A stretch of 64,000 nt of DNA, taken from positions 1 through 64,000 of the forward strand of contig BROI01000020.1 in the NCBI GenBank assembly GCA_027923505.1, read 5' to 3'. Positions 1 to 12,000 of the stretch are shown one piece after another (within the stretch, counting starts at the first letter, position 1; every line of letters starts with the position of its first letter). The stretch comes from Mayamaea pseudoterrestris. Lineage: Eukaryota. A program made the position numbers and the translations under genes. The notes under the pieces are model-generated. The model saw nothing but the letters and a program-made list of their open reading frames with translations, did not search any database and had not been told where the DNA came from.

Positions 1-3000
1 CTGGACATGTTTGGCCTGACTCATTGGGTATTTGGGTGGCCAGGGCATGGGGCGTTTGACAGGTCAGAATCGACAACTTGTGGTGTTGGCCATACCCACC
101 GTGGAGGCCGTTCCCATGGTGTCAGCCTCCAGGCAGTCCTTTTTGCACCATTTGAGACTATGCACCTGTCAATGGCATACCCTGGACATGTTTGGCCTGA
201 CTCATTGGGTATTTGGGTGGCCAGGGCATGGGGCGTTTGACAGGTCAGAATCGACAACTTGTGGTGTTGGCCATACCCACCGTGGAGGCCGTACCCATGG
301 TGTCAGCCTCCAGGCAGTCCTTTTTGCACCATTTGAGACTCTGCACCTGTCAATGGCATACCCTGGACATGTTTGGCCTGACTCATTGGGTATTTGGGTG
401 GCCAGGGCATGGGGCGTTTGACAGGTCAGAATCGACAACTTGTGGTGTTGGCCATACCCACCGTGGAGGCCGTACCCATGGTGTCAGCCTCCAGGCAGTC
501 CTTTTTGCACCATTTGAGACTCTGCACCTGTCAATGGCATACCCTGGACATGTTTGGCCTGACTCATTGGGTATTTGGGTGGCCAGGGCATGGGGCGTTT
601 GACAGGTCAGAATCGACAACTTGTGGTGTTGGCCATACCCACCGTGGAGGCCGTACCCATGGTGTCAGCCTCCAGGCAGTCCTTTTTGCACCATTTGAGA
701 CTCTGCACCTGTCAATGGCATACCCTGGACATGTTTGGCCTGACTCATTGGGTATTTGGGTGGCCAGGGCATGGGGCGTTTGACAGGTCAGAATCGACAA
801 CTTGTGGTGTTGGCCATACCCACCGTGGAGGCCGTTCCCATGGTGTCAGCCTCCAGGCAGTCCTTTTTGCACCATTTGAGACTCTGCACCTGTCAATGGC
901 ATACCCTGGACATGTTTGGCCTGACTCATTGGGTATTTGGGTGGCCAGGGCATGGGGCGTTTGACAGGTCAGAATCGACAACTTGTGGTGTTGGCCATAC
1001 CCACCGTGGAGGCCGTACCCATGGTGTCAGCCTCCAGGCAGTCCTTTTTGCACCATTTGAGACTCTGCACCTGTCAATGGCATACCCTGGACATGTTTGG
1101 CCTGACTCATTGGGTATTTGGGTGGCCAGGGCATGGGGCGTTTGACAGGTCAGAATCGACAACTTGTGGTGTTGGCCATACCCACCGTGGAGGCCGTACC
1201 CATGGTGTCAGCCTCCAGGCAGTCCTTTTTGCACCATTTGAGACTCTGCACCTGTCAATGGCATACCCTGGACATGTTTGGCCTGACTCATTGGGTATTT
1301 GGGTGGCCAGGGCATGGGGCGTTTGACAGGTCAGAATCGACAACTTGTGGTGTTGGCCATACCCACCGTGGAGGCCGTACCCATGGTGTCAGCCTCCAGG
1401 CAGTCCTTTTTGCACCATTTGAGACTCTGCACCTGTCAATGGCATACCCTGGACATGTTTGGCCTGACTCATTGGGTATTTGGGTGGCCAGGGCATGGGG
1501 CGTTTGACAGGTCAGAATCGACAACTTGTGGTGTTGGCCATACCCACCGTGGAGGCCGTACCCATGGTGTCAGCCTCCAGGCAGTCCTTTTTGCACCATT
1601 TGAGACTATGCACCTGTCAATGGCATACCCTGGACATGTTTGGCCTGACTCATTGGGTATTTGGGTGGCCAGGGCATGGGGCGTTTGACAGGTCAGAATC
1701 GACAACTTGTGGTGTTGGCCATACCCACCGTGGAGGCCGTACCCATGGTGTCAGCCTCCAGGCAGTCCTTTTTGCACCATTTGAGACTCTGCACCTGTCA
1801 ATGGCATACCCTGGACATGTTTGGCCTGACTCATTGGGTATTTGGGTGGCCAGGGCATGGGGCGTTTGACAGGTCAGAATCGACAACTTGTGGTGTTGGC
1901 CATACCCACCGTGGAGGCCGTACCCATGGTGTCAGCCTCCAGGCAGTCCTTTTTGCACCATTTGAGACTCTGCACCTGTCAATGGCATACCCTGGACATG
2001 TTTGGCCTGACTCATTGGGTATTTGGGTGGCCAGGGCATGGGGCGTTTGACAGGTCAGAATCGACAACTTGTGGTGTTGGCCATACCCACCGTGGAGGCC
2101 GTACCCATGGTGTCAGCCTCCAGGCAGTCCTTTTTGCACCATTTGAGACTCTGCACCTGTCAATGGCATACCCTGGACATGTTTGGCCTGACTCATTGGG
2201 TATTTGGGTGGCCAGGGCATGGGGCGTTTGACAGGTCAGAATCGACAACTTGTGGTGTTGGCCATACCCACCGTGGAGGCCGTACCCATGGTGTCAGCCT
2301 CCAGGCAGTCCTTTTTGCACCATTTGAGACTCTGCACCTGTCAATGGCATACCCTGGACATGTTTTGCCTGACTCATTGGGTATTTGGGTGGCCAGGGCA
2401 TGGGGCGTTTGACAGGTCAGAATCGACAACTTGTGGTGTTGGCCATACCCACCGTGGAGGCCGTACCCATGGTGTCAGCCTCCAGGCAGTCCTTTTTGCA
2501 CCATTTGAGACTCTGCACCTGTCAATGGCATACCCTGGACATGTTTGGCCTGACTCATTGGGTATTTGGGTGGCCAGGGCATGGGGCGTTTGACAGGTCA
2601 GAATCGACAACTTGTGGTGTTGGCCATACCCACCGTGGAGGCCGTACCCATGGTGTCAGCCTCCAGGCAGTCCTTTTTGCACCATTTGAGACTCTGCACC
2701 TGTCAATGGCATACCCTGGACATGTTTGGCCTGACTCATTGGGTATTTGGGTGGCCAGGGCATGGGGCGTTTGACAGGTCAGAATCGACAACTTGTGGTG
2801 TTGGCCATACCCACCGTGGAGGCCGTACCCATGGTGTCAGCCTCCAGGCAGTCCTTTTTGCACCATTTGAGACTCTGCACCTGTCAATGGCATACCCTGG
2901 ACATGTTTGGCCTGACTCATTGGGTATTTGGGTGGCCAGGGCATGGGGCGTTTGACAGGTCAGAATCGACAACTTGTGGTGTTGGCCATACCCACCGTGG

Positions 3001-6000
3001 AGGCCGTACCCATGGTGTCAGCCTCCAGGCAGTCCTTTTTGCACCATTTGAGACTCTGCACCTGTCAATGGCATACCCTGGACATGTTTGGCCTGACTCA
3101 TTGGGTATTTGGGTGGCCAGGGCATGGGGCGTTTGACAGGTCAGAATCGACAACTTGTGGTGTTGGCCATACCCACCGTGGAGGCCGTACCCATGGTGTC
3201 AGCCTCCAGGCAGTCCTTTTTGCACCATTTGAGACTCTGCACCTGTCAATGGCATACCCTGGACATGTTTGGCCTGACTCATTGGGTATTTGGGTGGCCA
3301 GGGCATGGGGCGTTTGACAGGTCAGAATCGACAACTTGTGGTGTTGGCCATACCCACCGTGGAGGCCGTACCCATGGTGTCAGCCTCCAGGCAGTCCTTT
3401 TTGCACCATTTGAGACTCTGCACCTGTCAATGGCATACCCTGGACATGTTTGGCCTGACTCATTGGGTATTTGGGTGGCCAGGGCATGGGGCGTTTGACA
3501 GGTCAGAATCGACAACTTGTGGTGTTGGCCATACCCACAGTGGAGGCCGTACCCATGGTGTCAGCCTCCAGGCAGTCCTTTTGCACCATTTGAGACTCTG
3601 CACCTGTCAATGGCATACCCTGGACATGTTTGGCCTGACTCATTGGGTATTTGGGTGGCCAGGGCATGGGGCGTTTGACAGGTCAGAATCGACAACTTGT
3701 GGTGTTGGCCATACCCACCGTGGAGGCCGTACCCATGGTGTCAGCCTCCAGGCAGTCCTTTTTGCACCATTTGAGACTCTGCACCTGTCAATGGCATACC
3801 CTGGACATGTTTGGCCTGACTCATTGGGTATTTGGGTGGCCAGGGCATGGGGCGTTTGACAGGTCAGAATCGACAACTTGTGGTGTTGGCCATACCCACC
3901 GTGGAGGCCGTACCCATGGTGTCAGCCTCCAGGCAGTCCTTTTTGCACCATTTGAGACTATGCACCTGTCAATGGCATACCCTGGACATGTTTGGCCTGA
4001 CTCATTGGGTATTTGGGTGGCCAGGGCATGGGGCGTTTGACAGGTCAGAATCGACAACTTGTGGTGTTGGCCATACCCACCGTGGAGGCCGTACCCATGG
4101 TGTCAGCCTCCAGGCAGTCCTTTTGCACCATTTGAGACTCTGCACCTGTCAATGGCATACCCTGGACATGTTTGGCCTGACTCATTGGGTATTTGGGTGG
4201 CCAGGGCATGGGGCGTTTGACAGGTCAGAATCGACAACTTGTGGTGTTGGCCATACCCACCGTGGAGGCCGTACCCATGGTGTCAGCCTCCAGGCAGTCC
4301 TTTTTGCACCATTTGAGACTCTGCACCTGTCAATGGCATACCCTGGACATGTTTGGCCTGACTCATTGGGTATTTGGGTGGCCAGGGCATGGGGCGTTTG
4401 ACAGGTCAGAATCGACAACTTGTGGTGTTGGCCATACCCACCGTGGAGGCCGTACCCATGGTGTCAGCCTCCAGGCAGTCCTTTTTGCACCATTTGAGAC
4501 TCTGCACCTGTCAATGGCATACCCTGGACATGTTTGGCCTGACTCATTGGGTATTTGGGTGGCCAGGGCATGGGGCGTTTGACAGGTCAGAATCGACAAC
4601 TTGTGGTGTTGGCCATACCCACCGTGGAGGCCGTACCCATGGTGTCAGCCTCCAGGCAGTCCTTTTCGCACCATTTGAGACTCTGCACCTGTCAATGGCA
4701 TACCCTGGACATGTTTGGCCTGACTCATTGGGTATTTGGGTGGCCAGGGCATGGGGCGTTTGACAGGTCAGAATCGACAACTTGTGGTGTTGGCCATACC
4801 CACCGTGGAGGCCGTACCCATGGTGTCAGCCTCCAGGCAGTCCTTTTTGCACCATTTGAGACTCTGCACCTGTCAATGGCATACCCTGGACATGTTTGGC
4901 CTGACTCATTGGGTATTTGGGTGGCCAGGGCATGGGGCGTTTGACAGGTCAGAATCGACAACTTGTGGTGTTGGCCATACCCACCGTGGAGGCCGTACCC
5001 ATGGTGTCAGCCTCCAGGCAGTCCTTTTGCACCATTTGAGACTCTGCACCTGTCAATGGCATACCCTGGACATGTTTGGCCTGACTCATTGGGTATTTGG
5101 GTGGCCAGGGCATGGGGCGTTTGACAGGTCAGAATCGACAACTTGTGGTGTTGGCCATACCCACCGTGGAGGCCGTACCCATGGTGTCAGCCTCCAGGCA
5201 GTCCTTTTTGCACCATTTGAGACTCTGCACCTGAGAATCGACAACTTGTGGTGTTGGCCATACCCACCGTGGAGGCCGTACCCATGGTGTCAGCCTCCAG
5301 GCAGTCCTTTTTGCACCATTTGAGACTCTGCACCTGTCAATGGCATACCCTGGACATGTTTGGCCTGACTCATTGGGTATTTGGGTGGCCAGGGCATGGG
5401 GCGTTTGACAGGTCAGAATCGACAACTTGTGGTGTTGGCCATACCCACCGTGGAGGCCGTACCCATGGTGTCAGCCTCCAGGCAGTCCTTTTTGCACCAT
5501 TTGAGACTCTGCACCTGTCAATGGCATACCCTGGACATGTTTGGCCTGACTCATTGGGTATTTGGGTGGCCAGGGCATGGGGCGTTTGACAGGTCAGAAT
5601 CGACAACTTGTGGTGTTGGCCATACCCACCGTGGAGGCCGTACCCATGGTGTCAGCCTCCAGGCAGTCCTTTTTGCACCATTTGAGACTCTGCACCTGTC
5701 AATGGCATACCCTGGACATGTTTGGCCTGACTCATTGGGTATTTGGGTGGCCAGGGCATGGGGCGTTTGACAGGTCAGAATCGACAACTTGTGGTGTTGG
5801 CCATACCCACCGTGGAGGCCGTTCCCATGGTGTCAGCCTCCAGGCAGTCCTTTTTGCACCATTTGAGACTCTGCACCTGTCAATGGCATACCCTGGACAT
5901 GTTTGGCCTGACTCATTGGGTATTTGGGTGGCCAGGGCATGGGGCGTTTGACAGGTCAGAATCGACAACTTGTGGTGTTGGCCATACCCACCGTGGAGGC

Positions 6001-9000
6001 CGTACCCATGGTGTCAGCCTCCAGGCAGTCCTTTTTGCACCATTTGAGACTCTGCACCTGTCAATGGCATACCCTGGACATGTTTGGCCTGACTCATTGG
6101 GTATTTGGGTGGCCAGGGCATGGGGCGTTTGACAGGTCAGAATCGACAACTTGTGGTGTTGGCCATACCCACCGTGGAGGCCGTACCCATGGTGTCAGCC
6201 TCCAGGCAGTCCTTTTTGCACCATTTGAGACTCTGCACCTGTCAATGGCATACCCTGGACATGTTTGGCCTGACTCATTGGGTATTTGGGTGGCCAGGGC
6301 ATGGGGCGTTTGACAGGTCAGAATCGACAACTTGTGGTGTTGGCCATACCCACCGTGGAGGCCGTACCCATGGTGTCAGCCTCCAGGCAGTCCTTTTTGC
6401 ACCATTTGAGACTCTGCACCTGTCAATGGCATACCCTGGACATGTTTGGCCTGACTCATTGGGTATTTGGGTGGCCAGGGCATGGGGCGTTTGACAGGTC
6501 AGAATCGACAACTTGTGGTGTTGGCCATACCCACCGTGGAGGCCGTACCCATGGTGTCAGCCTCCAGGCAGTCCTTTTTGCACCATTTGAGACTATGCAC
6601 CTGTCAATGGCATACCCTGGACATGTTTGGCCTGACTCATTGGGTATTTGGGTGGCCAGGGCATGGGGCGTTTGACAGGTCAGAATCGACAACTTGTGGT
6701 GTTGGCCATACCCACCGTGGAGGCCGTACCCATGGTGTCAGCCTCCAGGCAGTCCTTTTTGCACCATTTGAGACTCTGCACCTGTCAATGGCATACCCTG
6801 GACATGTTTGGCCTGACTCATTGGGTATTTGGGTGGCCAGGGCATGGGGCGTTTGACAGGTCAGAATCGACAACTTGTGGTGTTGGCCATACCCACCGTG
6901 GAGGCCGTACCCATGGTGTCAGCCTCCAGGCAGTCCTTTTTGCACCATTTGAGACTCTGCACCTGTCAATGGCATACCCTGGACATGTTTGGCCTGACTC
7001 ATTGGGTATTTGGGTGGCCAGGGCATGGGGCGTTTGACAGGTCAGAATCGACAACTTGTGGTGTTGGCCATACCCACCGTGGAGGCCGTACCCATGGTGT
7101 CAGCCTCCAGGCAGTCCTTTTTGCACCATTTGAGACTCTGCACCTGTCAATGGCATACCCTGGACATGTTTGGCCTGACTCATTGGGTATTTGGGTGGCC
7201 AGGGCATGGGGCGTTTGACAGGTCAGAATCGACAACTTGTGGTGTTGGCCATACCCACCGTGGAGGCCGTACCCATGGTGTCAGCCTCCAGGCAGTCCTT
7301 TTTGCACCATTTGAGACTCTGCACCTGTCAATGGCATACCCTGGACATGTTTTGCCTGACTCATTGGGTATTTGGGTGGCCAGGGCATGGGGCGTTTGAC
7401 AGGTCAGAATCGACAACTTGTGGTGTTGGCCATACCCACCGTGGAGGCCGTACCCATGGTGTCAGCCTCCAGGCAGTCCTTTTTGCACCATTTGAGACTC
7501 TGCACCTGTCAATGGCATACCCTGGACATGTTTGGCCTGACTCATTGGGTATTTGGGTGGCCAGGGCATGGGGCGTTTGACAGGTCAGAATCGACAACTT
7601 GTGGTGTTGGCCATACCCACCGTGGAGGCCGTACCCATGGTGTCAGCCTCCAGGCAGTCCTTTTTGCACCATTTGAGACTCTGCACCTGTCAATGGCATA
7701 CCCTGGACATGTTTGGCCTGACTCATTGGGTATTTGGGTGGCCAGGGCATGGGGCGTTTGACAGGTCAGAATCGACAACTTGTGGTGTTGGCCATACCCA
7801 CCGTGGAGGCCGTACCCATGGTGTCAGCCTCCAGGCAGTCCTTTTTGCACCATTTGAGACTCTGCACCTGTCAATGGCATACCCTGGACATGTTTGGCCT
7901 GACTCATTGGGTATTTGGGTGGCCAGGGCATGGGGCGTTTGACAGGTCAGAATCGACAACTTGTGGTGTTGGCCATACCCACCGTGGAGGCCGTACCCAT
8001 GGTGTCAGCCTCCAGGCAGTCCTTTTTGCACCATTTGAGACTCTGCACCTGTCAATGGCATACCCTGGACATGTTTGGCCTGACTCATTGGGTATTTGGG
8101 TGGCCAGGGCATGGGGCGTTTGACAGGTCAGAATCGACAACTTGTGGTGTTGGCCATACCCACCGTGGAGGCCGTACCCATGGTGTCAGCCTCCAGGCAG
8201 TCCTTTTTGCACCATTTGAGACTCTGCACCTGTCAATGGCATACCCTGGACATGTTTGGCCTGACTCATTGGGTATTTGGGTGGCCAGGGCATGGGGCGT
8301 TTGACAGGTCAGAATCGACAACTTGTGGTGTTGGCCATACCCACCGTGGAGGCCGTACCCATGGTGTCAGCCTCCAGGCAGTCCTTTTTGCACCATTTGA
8401 GACTCTGCACCTGTCAATGGCATACCCTGGACATGTTTGGCCTGACTCATTGGGTATTTGGGTGGCCAGGGCATGGGGCGTTTGACAGGTCAGAATCGAC
8501 AACTTGTGGTGTTGGCCATACCCACAGTGGAGGCCGTACCCATGGTGTCAGCCTCCAGGCAGTCCTTTTGCACCATTTGAGACTCTGCACCTGTCAATGG
8601 CATACCCTGGACATGTTTGGCCTGACTCATTGGGTATTTGGGTGGCCAGGGCATGGGGCGTTTGACAGGTCAGAATCGACAACTTGTGGTGTTGGCCATA
8701 CCCACCGTGGAGGCCGTACCCATGGTGTCAGCCTCCAGGCAGTCCTTTTTGCACCATTTGAGACTCTGCACCTGTCAATGGCATACCCTGGACATGTTTG
8801 GCCTGACTCATTGGGTATTTGGGTGGCCAGGGCATGGGGCGTTTGACAGGTCAGAATCGACAACTTGTGGTGTTGGCCATACCCACCGTGGAGGCCGTAC
8901 CCATGGTGTCAGCCTCCAGGCAGTCCTTTTTGCACCATTTGAGACTATGCACCTGTCAATGGCATACCCTGGACATGTTTGGCCTGACTCATTGGGTATT

Positions 9001-12000
9001 TGGGTGGCCAGGGCATGGGGCGTTTGACAGGTCAGAATCGACAACTTGTGGTGTTGGCCATACCCACCGTGGAGGCCGTACCCATGGTGTCAGCCTCCAG
9101 GCAGTCCTTTTGCACCATTTGAGACTCTGCACCTGTCAATGGCATACCCTGGACATGTTTGGCCTGACTCATTGGGTATTTGGGTGGCCAGGGCATGGGG
9201 CGTTTGACAGGTCAGAATCGACAACTTGTGGTGTTGGCCATACCCACCGTGGAGGCCGTACCCATGGTGTCAGCCTCCAGGCAGTCCTTTTTGCACCATT
9301 TGAGACTCTGCACCTGTCAATGGCATACCCTGGACATGTTTGGCCTGACTCATTGGGTATTTGGGTGGCCAGGGCATGGGGCGTTTGACAGGTCAGAATC
9401 GACAACTTGTGGTGTTGGCCATACCCACCGTGGAGGCCGTACCCATGGTGTCAGCCTCCAGGCAGTCCTTTTTGCACCATTTGAGACTCTGCACCTGTCA
9501 ATGGCATACCCTGGACATGTTTGGCCTGACTCATTGGGTATTTGGGTGGCCAGGGCATGGGGCGTTTGACAGGTCAGAATCGACAACTTGTGGTGTTGGC
9601 CATACCCACCGTGGAGGCCGTACCCATGGTGTCAGCCTCCAGGCAGTCCTTTTCGCACCATTTGAGACTCTGCACCTGTCAATGGCATACCCTGGACATG
9701 TTTGGCCTGACTCATTGGGTATTTGGGTGGCCAGGGCATGGGGCGTTTGACAGGTCAGAATCGACAACTTGTGGTGTTGGCCATACCCACCGTGGAGGCC
9801 GTACCCATGGTGTCAGCCTCCAGGCAGTCCTTTTTGCACCATTTGAGACTCTGCACCTGTCAATGGCATACCCTGGACATGTTTGGCCTGACTCATTGGG
9901 TATTTGGGTGGCCAGGGCATGGGGCGTTTGACAGGTCAGAATCGACAACTTGTGGTGTTGGCCATACCCACCGTGGAGGCCGTACCCATGGTGTCAGCCT
10001 CCAGGCAGTCCTTTTGCACCATTTGAGACTCTGCACCTGTCAATGGCATACCCTGGACATGTTTGGCCTGACTCATTGGGTATTTGGGTGGCCAGGGCAT
10101 GGGGCGTTTGACAGGTCAGAATCGACAACTTGTGGTGTTGGCCATACCCACCGTGGAGGCCGTACCCATGGTGTCAGCCTCCAGGCAGTCCTTTTTGCAC
10201 CATTTGAGACTCTGCACCTGTCAATGGCATACCCTGGACATGTTTGGCCTGACTCATTGGGTATTTGGGTGGCCAGGGCATGGGGCGTTTGACAGGTCAG
10301 AATCGACAACTTGTGGTGTTGGCCATACCCACCGTGGAGGCCGTACCCATGGTGTCAGCCTCCAGGCAGTCCTTTTTGCACCATTTGAGACTCTGCACCT
10401 GTCAATGGCATACCCTGGACATGTTTGGCCTGACTCATTGGGTATTTGGGTGGCCAGGGCATGGGGCGTTTGACAGGTCAGAATCGACAACTTGTGGTGT
10501 TGGCCATACCCACCGTGGAGGCCGTACCCATGGTGTCAGCCTCCAGGCAGTCCTTTTTGCACCATTTGAGACTCTGCACCTGTCAATGGCATACCCTGGA
10601 CATGTTTGGCCTGACTCATTGGGTATTTGGGTGGCCAGGGCATGGGGCGTTTGACAGGTCAGAATCGACAACTTGTGGTGTTGGCCATACCCACCGTGGA
10701 GGCCGTACCCATGGTGTCAGCCTCCAGGCAGTCCTTTTTGCACCATTTGAGACTCTGCACCTGTCAATGGCATACCCTGGACATGTTTGGCCTGACTCAT
10801 TGGGTATTTGGGTGGCCAGGGCATGGGGCGTTTGACAGGTCAGAATCGACAACTTGTGGTGTTGGCCATACCCACCGTGGAGGCCGTACCCATGGTGTCA
10901 GCCTCCAGGCAGTCCTTTTTGCACCATTTGAGACTCTGCACCTGTCAATGGCATACCCTGGACATGTTTGGCCTGACTCATTGGGTATTTGGGTGGCCAG
11001 GGCATGGGGCGTTTGACAGGTCAGAATCGACAACTTGTGGTGTTGGCCATACCCACCGTGGAGGCCGTACCCATGGTGTCAGCCTCCAGGCAGTCCTTTT
11101 TGCACCATTTGAGACTCTGCACCTGTCAATGGCATACCCTGGACATGTTTGGCCTGACTCATTGGGTATTTGGGTGGCCAGGGCATGGGGCGTTTGACAG
11201 GTCAGAATCGACAACTTGTGGTGTTGGCCATACCCACCGTGGAGGCCGTACCCATGGTGTCAGCCTCCAGGCAGTCCTTTTTGCACCATTTGAGACTCTG
11301 CACCTGTCAATGGCATACCCTGGACATGTTTGGCCTGACTCATTGGGTATTTGGGTGGCCAGGGCATGGGGCGTTTGACAGGTCAGAATCGACAACTTGT
11401 GGTGTTGGCCATACCCACCGTGGAGGCCGTACCCATGGTGTCAGCCTCCAGGCAGTCCTTTTTGCACCATTTGAGACTCTGCACCTGTCAATGGCATACC
11501 CTGGACATGTTTGGCCTGACTCATTGGGTATTTGGGTGGCCAGGGCATGGGGCGTTTGACAGGTCAGAATCGACAACTTGTGGTGTTGGCCATACCCACC
11601 GTGGAGGCCGTACCCATGGTGTCAGCCTCCAGGCAGTCCTTTTTGCACCATTTGAGACTCTGCACCTGTCAATGGCATACCCTGGACATGTTTGGCCTGA
11701 CTCATTGGGTATTTGGGTGGCCAGGGCATGGGGCGTTTGACAGGTCAGAATCGACAACTTGTGGTGTTGGCCATACCCACCGTGGAGGCCGTACCCATGG
11801 TGTCAGCCTCCAGGCAGTCCTTTTTGCACCATTTGAGACTCTGCACCTGTCAATGGCATACCCTGGACATGTTTGGCCTGACTCATTGGGTATTTGGGTG
11901 GCCAGGGCATGGGGCGTTTGACAGGTCAGAATCGACAACTTGTGGTGTTGGCCATACCCACCGTGGAGGCCGTACCCATGGTGTCAGCCTCCAGGCAGTC

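Noticed and set aside
87..135. 5S rRNA or tRNA gene array (GGCCATACCCACC resembles the 5S 5' end)
   Set aside because: The similarity does not extend. I found no 5S internal box A/C sequence (e.g. AGTACT..ATGGG.GACC) and no tRNA cloverleaf or GTTCGA.
1..181. Hammerhead-ribozyme satellite or retrozyme
   Set aside because: The CUGANGA...GAAA core was not found on either strand of the monomer. Other ribozyme classes would need a covariance-model search.
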